This document shows positions 28,250-40,472 of a stretch of 64,000 nucleotides of DNA, one piece after another (position 1 is the stretch's first letter; every line of letters begins with the position of its first letter). The stretch is from Octopus vulgaris (taxonomy: Eukaryota). A program made the translations under genes and the position numbers. The stretch lies in contig OX597838.1 of assembly GCA_951406725.2 (NCBI GenBank), forward strand, positions 14,570,001 to 14,634,000. The letters are read 5' to 3'. Below the pieces are notes generated by a model that saw only the letters and a list, made by a program, of their open reading frames with translations, did not search any database and was not told where the DNA came from.

Positions 28250-28696
28250 GGCGTAGGAGTGGCTGTGTGGTAAGTAGCTTGCTTACCAACCACATAGTTC
28301 CGGGTTCAGTCCCACTGCGTAGCACTTTGGGCAAGTGTCTTCTACTATAGCCTCGGGCCAACCAAAGCCTTCTGAGTGGATTTGGTAGACGGAAACTGAA
28401 GGAAGCCCGTCGTATATATGTATATATATATATATGTATACATATATATGATGAGTGTGTGTGTGCGTGTATGTATGTGCATATGTCTGTGTGTCTGTGT
28501 TTGTCCTTCCAACATCGCTTGACAACCGATGTTAGTGTGTTTACGTCCCAGTAACTTAGCGGTTCGGCAAAAAGAGGCCGATAGAATAAGTACTAGGCTA
28601 ACAAAGAATAAGTCCTGGTGTCGATTTGCTCGACTAAAGGCGGTGCTCCAGCATGCCCACAGTCAAATGACTGAAACAAGTAAAAGAGTAAAGAGT
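28250..28696 (+). mobile_element. SINE family A
   Basis: Homologous to 23334-23780. Confidence 0.9.
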
Positions 28697-29125
28697 AATT
28701 TGACAATTCCATTGATGGCTTGTATCTGCAATCTTCTAACATGCTTTTTCCTTTCTGGTTTTGAGAATCCTGTCTCAAGACAGGTGCTAAGATAGTTTGC
28801 TGCAGATCCTAGTGCCCCCATAATTATGGGTATAAATCTGAACTTGAGACCCGGGTGGAGTAGCTGCAAATGTCTCAATAGTTCAGTGTTAGGTGTTTTC
28901 TTTCCCGCTGATCTTTAGCTTTATGTTGGCATCCAGTCGGCAACAGATTTCCACTCCTACGCCTAAAATTTCTTTCCTGTTCCAGATCACTATGGTTGGT
29001 CTATTATTTTTTCATTTCACTGAAGTTTTCGCTGGAACATTCCACCAGTGCTCTTTCATATTATGCGTGGTTATGGCCTCTTCCACATCACGGGGCTTAT
29101 CTCTTCGGGTTTAGGATTACTACTT
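28697..29125 (-). pseudogene. Fragment of a non-LTR retrotransposon restriction-like endonuclease domain (R4/Dong-like)
   Basis: Minus translation ...WWNVP...NRPTIVIW...VEICCRLDANI...RHLQLLHP...FIPIIMGALG matches the RPD-x-E/D...K...IPIIVGALG pattern. Contains stops and frameshifts. Confidence 0.75.
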
Positions 29126-29195
29126 CTAATTTATATAGGTGTGTGTATATGTTTGTGTGTCTGTGCTTGTCCAACCCTCAACATCGCTTGACAAC

Positions 29196-29430
29196 CTATT
29201 TCTTTACTACCCACAAGGGGCTAAACACAGAGGGGGACAAACAAGGACAGACAAACGGATTAAGTCGATTATATTGACCCCCAGTGCGCAACTGGTACTT
29301 AATTTATCGACCCCGAAAGGATGAAAGGCAAAGTCGACCTCGGCGGAATTTGAACTCAGAACGTAACGGCAGACGTAATACCGCTAAGCATTTCGTCCGG
29401 CGTGCTAACGATTCTGCCAGCTCGCCGCCT
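29196..29430 (-). mobile_element. SINE family B inserted in a family A tail
   Basis: Flanked by ttgacaacc / ttgataacc; family A tail sequence continues on both sides. Confidence 0.88.
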
Positions 29431-30023
29431 TGATAACCGATGCTGGTGTGTTTAAGTCCCCGTAACTTAGCGGTTCGGCAAAATAGACCGATAGAATAAG
29501 CACTAGGCTTACAAAGAATGCGTCGAAGCTGGAGTTAGTGACATGTGTGTGCAGCAATATGTCATTCAATGAGATTGATCTCTGGAACTTGTGACTGAAA
29601 AGCGAATTTCTACATTATTCCGTCATACTGCCTCTATAATCTGTAAGTGGTGTGTGCGTGCGTGCATGCGTGCGTGCGAACGTGCGTGCGAGCGTGCGTA
29701 CGAGCGTGCGTACGTGCGTGCGTGTTGTATAAATACACTCATACGTATGTATATATACGCGTGCGTGAACTGTACGTGTACATTTGCGTGCCATGTGTCA
29801 ATGCGTGTGAGCGCGTGTGGTGTTTTTAGCCACATTATGAAAATCAATAAGCATAGCCTCATAATCTTCTCACATTTTAAACCAGAATATAATTCAGCTT
29901 TAGAGACTTATCAGCATTAAAAGTTATTTAAAAAAGCAAAAAAGACATCCATATAGGTGCAGGCAAGGCTGTGGTAAGAAGCCAGCTTCCAACCGCACGG
30001 CTCCGGATTCACCCACGCCGTAT

Positions 30024-30346
30024 GAGGGCGCGTGACTTAGTGGTTAGGGCATTCGGCTCATGATCGTAAGGTTGTGAGTTCGATTCCCGGCGACGCGTTG
30101 TGTCCTTGAGCAAGACACTTTATTTCACGTTGCTCCAGTCCACTCAGCTGGCAAAAATGAGTTGTACCGGTATTTCAAAGGGCCAGCCATGTCACACTCT
30201 GTGTCACGCTGAATCTCCTCGCGAACTACGTTAAGGGTACACGTGTCTGTGGAATGCTCAGCCACTTGCACGTTAATTTCACGAGCAAGCTGTTCCGTTG
30301 ATCGTATCAGCTGGGACTCCCGTCGTCGTAACCGACGGAGTGCTCC
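30024..30346 (+). mobile_element. tRNA-head SINE with CORE-like central domain, nested in a family A head
   Basis: A/B boxes (tagtggttagg, gagttcgattc), then gttgtgtccttgagcaagacac core. Tail shared with 7620-7810. Confidence 0.85.
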
Positions 30347-31020
30347 TTTATGACATCTTGGGCAAGTGTCTTCTACTATAAGCCGTCTGAGTGGACTCGT
30401 AGACGGAAACTGAAATTGTTATGTGCATTCACTGCAAAAGTTCCTGAAGAAAATAATTTTTGCGTAGACCCAGAGAGGTACGAAGGCACCAACACATCTT
30501 GGTCTTCTGGATTTTCGATCGATAATTTTAAATAATATCTTCTTTGTTTTGTTGTTGTTGTTTTTTTAATGTTCTGCTTAAATCAAGAAATACATTCATG
30601 CAGTGTATAATAAGTAAATAGGCTAAAATTGAATACATGATACCTCTCAGTAAATTGAATATTAAAGGTGATTGTAGAACATGGCGAAATATATTAAGTA
30701 GAAGAATAATTAGTTGTGGAATAAATGTAAATACAAATGCATATGGCGTATTAAATATATAATAATGACACGTAGCATATTACATTGTGTAAAGGGAGAA
30801 AATTAATTTCATCACCAGAATTTATGGACGCAGTAAAATTGTTAGTTGAGCTTTTTGAGACAAAGGCGACGACAGAATGAACTTTCGAATATAAAAAGTA
30901 ATCAGAATGATTCGAGCTTGAATTGAACGAGTTAGAAAGTAAATTATATGAAGTGCAACACATACAATACAAGCTTCAAATAGTTAAGGGTTACACACAA
31001 AAAAAGAAGTGTAGGTATAA

Positions 31021-31414
31021 GGCGTAGGAGTGGCTGTGTGGTAAGTAGCTTGCTTACCAACCTCATGGTTCCGGGTTCAGTCCCACTGCGTGGCACCTTG
31101 GACAAGTGTCTTCTACTATAGCCTCGGGTCGACCAAAGCCTTGTGAGTGGATTTGGTAGACGGAAACTGAAAGAAACCCGTCGTATATATATATGTTTGC
31201 ATATATATATATATATGTGTGCATATATATATATATGTGTGCATATATATATATATATACAAGATAAGAAAATGGAGAAATACATCTAAATCAAATATCA
31301 ATTACCAGATAATACTCAATCACATACTTTATTAAACCACCACATAAGAGACTGTAGGGTTATCCCATGGAGGGTTGCATTTACAACCCCTATCTCAATT
31401 TGTATATATATCCC

Positions 31415-31469
<55 letters not shown>

Positions 31470-31686
31470 TGTATATGTTTGTGTGTCTGTGTTTGTCCCC
31501 CACCTCAACATCGCTTGACAACCGATGCTGATGTGTTTACGTCCCAGTAACTTAGCGGTTCGGCAAAAGAGAGACCGATAGAATAAGTACTAGGCTTACA
31601 AAGAATAAGTCCTGGGGTCAATTTCCTCGACTAAAGGCGGTGCTCCAGCATGGCCGCAGTCAAATGACTGAAACAAGTAAAAGAGT
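31021..31686 (+). mobile_element. SINE family A with ~150-bp insert in its internal (TA)n
   Basis: Head 31021-31185, unrelated insert ~31260-31415, tail 31470-31686. Confidence 0.87.
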
Positions 31687-32418
31687 ATACAAATACTCAC
31701 AGCGTATTATATATATATATACGTATTTATTGGTTTCAAACTTCGGCACAAGGCCAGCAATTTCGCGGGGAGGGGATAAATCGATTGCATCGACCCCAGT
31801 GTTTAACTGGTACTTATTTTATCGACCCCGAAACGATGAAAGGCAAAGTCGACCCTCAGCGGAATTTGAACTCAAAACGTAAAGACGGACGAAATGCCGC
31901 TAAGTGTTTAAAACGTTCTACCTAAAAAACTTCTGAGAAAACATTTCCATTTACTGCAGCCTGGCAACACCGGGTACTACTCCTGCTGTTTCCATGTGTG
32001 TGTGGGTGGATGGATGGATGTTTGAAGGAGTAGGTGCGTGCGTTTCAATTCCGTTGTTGCCTTTGTCTTCTTGATTTCCGACAAGGATTTAAGTTTCAAT
32101 AATTAATTATTAATGCTAAGGATTATTTTCTTCATTACGAGTGAAATTTTTAATTAATTAAACATTTTAATCTCTTGATATGTTGTCCCCCACTACTTAA
32201 TTATGTATTCTTCAGGCTGGAGGTACGCCTAAAAGAGAATTTCCCCAATCATCAAATTGGTTCAAATTTTGGCACACAAGTTCAGCAGTCTGGGGAGTGG
32301 GGAAGGGAATAGACATCAACCCCAATACTTGACTGGTACTGCATTTTACCGAGGGATGAAGGTAAAGTTGACTCCAGTGGAATTTGAACTCAGAAAGTAA
32401 TGGGTCGTAAAAAATAAC

Positions 32419-33023
32419 TATTTCTTTACTACCCACAAGGGGCTAAACACAGAGAGGACAAACAAGGACAGACAAACAGATTAAGTCGATTATATCAACC
32501 CCAGTGCGTAACTGGTACTTAATTTATCGACCCCGAAAGGATGAAAGACAAAGTAGTCCTCGGCAGAATTTGAACTCAGAACGTAGCGACAAACCACTTC
32601 ACTATAATATTCCTTTATTGCCCACAAGGGGCTAAACACAGAGGGGACAAACAAGGACAGACAAACAGATTAAGTCGATTATATCAACCCCAGTGCGTAA
32701 CTGGTACTTAATTTATCGACCCCGAAAGGATGAAAGGCAAAGTCGACCTCGGCGGAATTTGAACTCAGAACGTAGCGGCAGACCACTTCACTATAATATT
32801 CCTTTATTGCCCACAAGGGGCTAAACATAGAGGGGACAAACAAGGACAGACAAAGGGATTAAGTCGATTTCATCAACCCCAGTGCATGACTGGTACTTAA
32901 TTTATCGACCCCGAAAGGATGAAAGGCAAAGTCGACCTCGGCGGAATTTGAACTCAGAACGTAGCGGTAGACGAAATACTGCTAAGCATTTCGCCCGGCG
33001 TGCTAACGTTTCTGCCTACTCGC
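32419..33023 (-). mobile_element. SINE family B trimer
   Basis: Three ~189-bp units; only the last has the head. Junction accacttcactataatattcc occurs twice. Confidence 0.88.
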
Positions 33024-33659
33024 TAGGCATTTTGTTCGACGCACGATGGAGTCTCCCAGCTCACCACCTTCTCCAAATCACTCAAAATGGTGATGGAAGC
33101 CGCCGGTTAACGATCTATGACATAGGGCAGAGGTGGGAGAAGGAGAATCGTAAAACAGAGATAATGAGAGGAGGGAGACAATAAGTCGAGCGCAGAGAGA
33201 GGGGTAGGGAGGCAAAGACTCTATCACGTGACAGATTCTCCTGTTCAGAAACGTGAACAAGGGTCAAAAGAGTAAGCGGGAGCTGGGGGGGGGGAGGAAG
33301 GGGAGGTAAATACTTTTATGTCACCAGCACGACACAGATAGGAAGGGAGAGAAGGAGAGGAAGAGAGAGAGAGAGGAAGCCAAACCAGCAACAGCTTCCA
33401 TGTATATTTTTACACTTCAATGACGAAACAGTGGAAAGTCTGTCTATTGGCAAGCTCTCCCTGTCTCTGTCTCTGTCTCTCTCTCTTTCTGTTTCCTCTC
33501 TCTCTCTCTCTTTCATACACACACTGTCACCCGTCATAAACTATTCAGATTAAAACAAACACACACTCGTGCGTATACGCTCATTGAGTCCCACATAGAC
33601 TTATCCGCTTAGACTCATATGCACAAATACAAAAACGATTCAGGTCGGTGTGATATGTC

Positions 33660-33727
<68 letters not shown>

Positions 33728-33746
33728 GCTAGCTAGCTAGCTATCT

Positions 33747-33962
33747 AAATGTGACCGCGTGTGTACCGTTGGCGATTTTTTTTCCTCTGTCTTCCCTTCT
33801 TTGGATCTTTCCTTCTCCTTTGTTTCTGACGAAGAGCTCCGCCCGAAACGTTAAACCCTCCTCCTTCTTCCCTTCCTTCTTGAGCGTCCAATAATACTAT
33901 ATTTGTTCCACGTCCTCGCGTTGTTGTGTTTTCTCTTTGTGTTTTCATGTTTGGATTAACTT
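33747..33962 (+). mobile_element. Short Penelope-like pLTR element (family P2) ending in (TA)n
   Basis: Reverse-strand homologs at 51981-52150 and 53531-53650; contains a hammerhead. Confidence 0.72.
33822..33856 (+). ncRNA. Minimal type I hammerhead ribozyme motif
   Basis: gttt-CTGACGA-a-gagc-tcc-gccc-GAAA-CGTT-aaac. Helix I gttt/aaac, palindromic ACGT, GUU triplet. Confidence 0.72.
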
Positions 33963-33972
33963 TATATATATA

Positions 33973-34062
<90 letters not shown>

Positions 34063-34145
34063 GTAGGATAAAAATTTTTTCGGAAAAAAATTTTTTATCA
34101 ATGGTCAGCATATCAAAAAGATACCTTTAAAGGTTAAATTTATAA

Positions 34146-34443
34146 ATAATTTACAAAATAAGGGGAAAAAAAATTCTAATGCCAAATATGCCTAAACAAA
34201 AAATTGTCGATAACCATTATAATTTATGCGTCTCGAAACAAATCGATAGAAATCTCTAAAAAATTCGTTATTACCGTATTGGTCCAATTTCGGGGTTAAT
34301 TCAAAAGAAAATTTTCCCCTCTTCAGCGGCAAATACGCGAGATACGGTTTGTTTCGAGACGCATAAATTATAATGGTTATCGACAATTTTTTGTTTCGGC
34401 ATATTTGGCATTAGAATTTTTCTTCTGCCCTTATCTTGTAAAT

Positions 34444-34446
<3 letters not shown>
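34146..34446. repeat. ~100-bp inverted repeat enclosing a hammerhead
   Basis: 34146-34244 is the reverse complement of 34345-34446. The module lies between (TA)n tracts. Confidence 0.9.
34271..34332 (-). ncRNA. Type I hammerhead ribozyme motif
   Basis: Minus strand: ttgccg-CTGAAGA-gggg-[20 nt]-cccc-GAAA-TTGG-A-CCAA-TA-cggtaa. 6-bp helix I, G-C helix II, near-palindromic helix III, AUA triplet. Confidence 0.82.
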
Positions 34447-34497
<51 letters not shown>

Positions 34498-34516
34498 ACA
34501 AAGTGTACGTACGCCG

Positions 34517-34549
<33 letters not shown>

Positions 34550-34553
<4 letters not shown>

Positions 34554-34713
34554 AAAAGGGACGACTAAACATCCAGACAGACGATACAAAAAAACAAGGA
34601 CGGGTCATTTGAAGCCTTTTATCCTCTGTCAAAAACCGGATCATCTTCGCATGACCCGTCCTTGCTTTTTTTTTGTATTGTCTATCTGGATTGTTTTGTT
34701 GTCCCTTTTTGTA
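34550..34713. repeat. ~60-bp inverted repeat between (TA)n tracts
   Basis: 34550-34608 is the approximate reverse complement of 34651-34713. Confidence 0.82.
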
Positions 34714-34762
34714 TCACTTAGCTGTCCGGATGTTTTGCGTTCTTGTCCCATCTTGTATTTTA

Positions 34763-34810
<48 letters not shown>

Positions 34811-34853
34811 GAGAGAGAGAGATACATATAACTCTCTCTCTCTTTCTTTCTCT

Positions 34854-34886
<33 letters not shown>

Positions 34887-36506
34887 GTATATATATAAAT
34901 TAGCCATGAGCAACCGAAACAGCTTTTGTAACAAATATTAACTGGCACATCCAGCTAAAACTGGATGTGTTATTTATAATGCCGTAAGTTGCGGTGAACG
35001 TCCTGAAAAATCGTTTCGTGTCGACGACAAATGCTAAAAGGCATCGAACTTCTAATGTCGGTTGACTAAATTTCATCAACACCAGAAGATAGCACAGCTG
35101 TATCACGTGATTTCACCGTATTGCGGATCATCAGTAGTAGGAAGCCAAGCACCGAATGCCAGACTGCAATCTTCATCCTTATAAGCAATACATCCAGACT
35201 AGGTTGGCTGTGCTAATAAATATTTTTTTAATATGCTGCCTTATTGAGGTTTCAAAAAGGGGCGGTTTGGCAGAATCGAAAAAGTGTCAGACAATCTGGC
35301 TTATTGCTACAACTTTTTTATGTTGTGAGTTCAAATCCTGCTGAGATCAGCTTTGTCTATCATCCCAATAAAGTAACAAGTATGTGGTTCATGTGATAGA
35401 CTATTCCGATGCTCAACGAATCTCTACTGCTATAAAAGCTCAGCTACCTCGTAATGTTCTTAGTCTCAACACTTGATCTCAGATCAAATCCCTTCATCTG
35501 ATGGAATGAAACCGAGTATTAGTGATCAAGTCTTAAATTAAGATATGTTATTACATAATTGAATAAGGCGGCATGCTTGGCAGAATGGTTAGCGCGCTGA
35601 GCAAAATATTTTGCGGCATTTCGTCCATTTTTACACTCTGAGTCCAGTTCCGCCGAGGTCGACTTTGCCCTTTATTTTTTCGGGGTCGATTATATAAGTA
35701 CCACTTGAGACACTGGGGTCGATGTAATTGGCTTATCCTCAACCCACGAACATGCTGAACTTGTGTCAAAATTTGAAGCCATTATTACGTAATTGAACTG
35801 TAAATTTTGTACTGTAAGTATCGTTAATTGATATAACCTTCAAGTTTTGAAGTCCTGGAATAATTTAAGTCATCGTCTGATATGCTGTCAGTTGAAAGGC
35901 CAAGATTTTCGCAGATACTTCGTTTGGATCGGTGTAGATGCAGCTATGTGATAAGAAGCTTGCTTCCTAGCCACATGGCTCCGGGTTCAGTCCCACAGCG
36001 TGGCACCTTGAACAAGTGTCTTCTGCTGTAGCCTCAGGCCGACCAAAGCCTTGTGAGTGGATTTCGTACATGGAAACTAAAAGAATCTCGTCGTTTGCGT
36101 GTGTGTGTGTGTCCTTGTGTTAGTGTTTGACAACCGGTGTTGGTGCGTTTACGTCCCCGTAACTTAGCAGTTCGGCAAAAGAGATCGATAGAATAAGTAC
36201 CAGACTTTAAAAATACATAAAAAAAAGCACCGAGGTCGATTCGTTCGACGAAAAGTCTTCAGGGCGGTGCCCCAGCATGGCCGTAGTCTAATGACTGAAA
36301 CAAGTAAAACATAAAATCTCTTTGACGGATATCTTGAAACAGTTTTCGTGTGAAAGCTGAGCACTAAGTGAGAAGTCAATGGATCTCCGTCAGTTTCGAC
36401 GACGAATATTCCAGTCGTTCGACCAACCGAACTGTCAACTCATTGTATTATCTATTATATAAAATCAGTTCATAAGACAAATGTTGACCTCGCTACAGGA
36501 TGTGTT

Positions 36507-36837
36507 ACTTCTTTATTGCCCACAAGGGGCTAAACACAGAGGGGACAAGGCAAAGTCGACCTCGGCGGAATTTGAACTCAGAACGTAGCAACGGGTGAAA
36601 TACCTATTTATTTACTACCCACAAGGGGCTAAACACAGAGAGGACAAACAAGGACAGACAAACGGATTAAATCGATTACATCGACCCCAGTGCGTAATTG
36701 GTATTTATTTAATCGACCCCGAAATGATGAAAGGCAAAGTCGACCTCGGCAGAATTTGAACTCAGAACGTAACGGCAGGCGAAATACCGCTAAGCATTTC
36801 GCCCGGCGTGCTTAACGTTTCTGCCTGCTCGCCGCCT
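36507..36837 (-). mobile_element. SINE family B dimer
   Basis: Internally deleted headless unit joined at gaaata|cctatt to a full unit. Confidence 0.85.
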
Positions 36838-36861
36838 TTAATAATAATAATGATGATGATG

Positions 36862-36902
<41 letters not shown>

Positions 36903-37280
36903 CTACTTTCCTGAGAATTCTTACGTGATGTTTTAATATTTCGTCTTTGTTCGTCCCTCTGTGTTTGGGAAATGTTATTGTCTTAGCCGTAAAGAGGGTC
37001 AAAAGTCAAACACTTCACTTTTCCTTTGATATATACGAAGTAGCAGTCTTTTGTTCTGTAGTCAGAATAAGTCATTATGTACGTATATATAGATGTGTGC
37101 GCTCACATACAGTTATACGTCTGAGAGTATCTACGGTTATACATATATATGTAAATTAAAGCTGTGAACTTTATTCTCCTGTCTGTATTCTTCTGTATAC
37201 TGTTACGCTTTATTCTTCTCTCTACTGTTTTATTCCTTTATAAACTGTGAATTCCCTGTCTAGAACTTTCAAACATACCT

Positions 37281-37359
37281 TGTCTCTGATGATGGGAATA
37301 CCCAGTGTATGGAGACGCTAACCTATCACATTGGATATTCCAGAAACAGCTGTAAGACA
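37281..37359 (+). ncRNA. Type I hammerhead ribozyme motif
   Basis: tgtct-CTGATGA-tgggaatacccagtgt...acattggatattcca-GAAA-CAGCTG-TA-agaca. 5-bp helix I, ~14-bp helix II, palindromic helix III, predicted cut after GUA at 37354. Confidence 0.85.
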
Positions 37360-37943
37360 TGCAATAATTAATTAATTACTCTTTTACTCTATTACTTGTT
37401 TCAGTCATTTGACTGCGGCCATGCTGGAGCACCGCCTTTAGTCGACCAAATCGACCCCATGACTTAATCTTTGTAAGCCTAGTACTTATCGCATATATAT
37501 ATATCATATACATATCTTTCTACACACACAGATGTTTGCGTGTGCTTTTGTTTCTGACTTAAGGACAGTATTAACTAAATCTTTTAACTTTTACTTGTTT
37601 CAGTCATCAGACTGTAGCCATACTTGTGCGCTGTATTGAAGAGTTTAGTCGAACAAATCGACCCCAGTACATTTCCTATAAAGCCTAGTACTTATTCTAT
37701 TGGTCTCTTTTTGCCAAACCACCAAGGTACAAATACGTAGTCAAACGTCAAACCAACACCAGTTGTCGAGCGGTGATGGAGAACAAACACAGACATAAAA
37801 ACACACAAACACACACACACAATCACACACACACACACACTCACACACAAACACACACACACACTCACACACAAACACACACACACACACACACACACAA
37901 TCACGCACGCATACACACACGCGCGCATGTATGCACACACGCG

Positions 37944-37987
<44 letters not shown>

Positions 37988-38146
37988 TGCATCGCGCGCG
38001 CACACTCACATTTTGTTTCGAATTTGTGTGAAAGTGTATAGAATGATATATCAGTTGAATAAAATTAAAACATGGTTTGATTTTCAAGTTTTTATTATAG
38101 TATTTTAACATTAAAAAAATATTTTTTTTGTAATTCTCATAAAGTT

Positions 38147-38184
38147 AAATTAGCGCTTTCATACGTAGAGTAATCATCAGATTT
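38147..38184 (-). ncRNA. Minimal hammerhead in the 3' pLTR of the Penelope-like element
   Basis: Minus strand: aaat-CTGATGA-ttac-tctac-gtat-GAAA-GCGC-TA-attt. Palindrome AGCGCT. Lies ~160 bp downstream of the GIY-YIG stop on the same strand. Confidence 0.78.
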
Positions 38185-38341
38185 CAAATGTGTTTAACTG
38201 ACAGTTGAGTTCTTGACAACTTTAGTACTTCTTAGAACGCTCCAACAAGCTGAATTTTTAGAATACGGTTTTGATCAATCTGCATGCAGCTTAAACAGCA
38301 CAGTTTGCCTGGCGTACTGATATTCTGTAATTTGTTTATAT

Positions 38342-38748
38342 TTATATGCTAAGAGATATTTTTGAATCCACATCATTAACGGTTGTTATATTATTGCTGT
38401 TATTTCTGTTCAGAAGAGGTTTGAATATTTTAATAAACCGTTTTTCTTTTATCTTTCTTCCAACCTCACTCGTGTCATGTAATTTGTGGAAAGGTAAAAT
38501 CAGAAACATTTTCTGACCGCATGTCTCTATATGTTCGCTCAGTGGGATTTGGCGAACATTGGTCTTCCAGATTTGTTGTCTGTGGACTCGTGAGTGTTCC
38601 GATAATGCATTCCCTGTCTCGCCTATATATAATTCCTCGCAATTCAGGCATTTAAAGCAGTAGATCAAATTTCCGCTTTTGCAGTTCATATCTGCAGTTG
38701 CGACAATCTGTCCATTTTTTGTTTTAATGGATCTACCAGTATGCAAGT
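38342..38748 (-). pseudogene. Penelope-like element GIY-YIG endonuclease domain
   Basis: CKSGNLIYCFKCLNCEELYIGETG...H...EH...RKIKE...FKPLLN is the PLE GIY-YIG motif set (Neptune/Nematis-like). Confidence 0.9.
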
Positions 38749-38752
38749 CAGC

Positions 38753-39872
38753 CTCATCTTCGAAAACAATACATTCCTTTTCAACGGAAAAAGCTACCTC
38801 CAAATTCAAGGCACAGCTATGAGGACGTGATTTGCTCCAGTTTTCGCGAACTCAGTATTGGGATACTTGGGACAAAACCTATAAAAAAAAAAAGATTGAA
38901 GAGAACAACGGCATAACCTTTAAAAGACATATAGAGGACACATGGAAAAGATACCTCGACGATTGTTTCCTAATTTGGACCAAATCACAAGAAAATCTGT
39001 AAGAATTCAGCACCCCCTTCAACAATCTACACCCTAGTCTCAAATTTACAAGAAGAATGAGCAACACACAATTACTAATTCTTGACATAATGGTAATTAA
39101 AAACAACACCACAATTACAACTGATAGTCATTACAAAAGCACAGATACACACCAGGACCTAAATTTCAAATCATGCCACCCAACACACACAAAACGCAAC
39201 ATCCCGCACTGTCTACGCAGGAAAATTTGTACTATACTCGATGATTCAAATACCAGAAACACCCGAAGGATTTCTGCTCAAGCAAAATTACCTTCTCCTA
39301 CTTATAGCATACAACGAGTAAAAGAGATAATTATAGAACAACTAAGGGCAACACAAAAAAGATGAACCCATCAAAGGAACACAATACCTATTTCTTTACT
39401 ACCCACAAGGGGCTAAACACAGAGAGGACTAACAAGGACAGACAAAGGGATTAAGTCGATTATATCGACCCCTGTGCGTCACTGGTACTTATTTAATCGA
39501 CCCCGAAAGGATGAAAGGCAAAGTCGACCTCGGCGGAATTTGAACTCAGAACGTAACAGTAGACGAAATACCGCTAATCATTTTGCCCGGCATGCTAACG
39601 ATTCTACCAGCTCACCGCCTGATGAACACAATACCGTTTCTAGTAACACACAATCTAGTAACACACAATCTGCATCACCAAAACATTTTTAACATCAGCA
39701 AAACAAATTTGCCAATCATAAAACAAAGTGAAAAATTAAAAAAAATTAAAAAGCATAACTAATCAAACACTTATCTTAAGCAAAAGGCAACCACACAACC
39801 TAAAGAAACTATTAACAATGGCAAAATTCAACATGAACAAACAGGTTAAAACACTCACAGTATCCAAGTGTA
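38753..39872 (+). pseudogene. Penelope-like reverse transcriptase C-terminal half plus linker, disrupted
   Basis: FLFNGKSYLQIQGTAMRT*FAPVFAN, WKRYLDDCFLIW, NNLHPSLKFT, LDIMV, YKSTDTHQDLNFKSCHP, KRQPHNLKKLL. Contains stops, frameshifts and a SINE insertion. Confidence 0.9.
39390..39619 (-). mobile_element. SINE family B inserted in the Penelope RT
   Basis: TSD gaacacaatacc on both sides. Confidence 0.9.
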
Positions 39873-39925
39873 ATTATTCTGCTCAATGTAAAAAAAAAAA
39901 AGTTATGCTATGTTTGGTAGGATAT

Positions 39926-40265
39926 GTGAAGACCCCTTCAGTCATGAATGACCATATGACTGCACCTAGAAAATTCCCCTCGAAGGAACAAGTCTGTGCA
40001 AGGTCGTTTATGGAAGACCAGCAGTCGCCCATGCATACCGGCCTCCCCTCTCCACGCCACCAGTGTTATCCAAGGGAAAGGCAAAGGTGCCGATACAGCT
40101 TGGCACCAGCGATGTTGCAACTCATTTCTACAGCTGAGTGAACTGGAGCAACGTGAAATAAAGTGTCTTGCTCAAAAACACAACACGTGGCCCGGTCCGG
40201 GATTCGAACTCACAACCTCACGATCGAGAGCTCGACGCTCTAACCACTGAGCTATGCGACTTCAC
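39926..40265 (-). mobile_element. tRNA-head SINE with CORE-like domain and a distinct 3' tail
   Basis: Minus head gctcagtggttagagcg...gagttcgaatcc; core shared with 30090-30160. Confidence 0.85.
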
Positions 40266-40427
40266 ATACACACACACACACACAGACACACACATATATA
40301 TATAGTACAAAGTAAGATAGGGGGTTTGAGGGGTTATTTGGATGTTCCTATTTATATAGTTAATAAATAATATGAAATGGTAATATCTGTAAGTTGATGA
40401 TTGAAATGAATTTGTTCCTCCATTCCT

Positions 40428-40472
<45 letters not shown>

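Noticed and set aside
31955-31982. Helitron-like 3' hairpin cctggcaacaccggg
   Set aside because: No terminal CTAG or recognisable 5' end.
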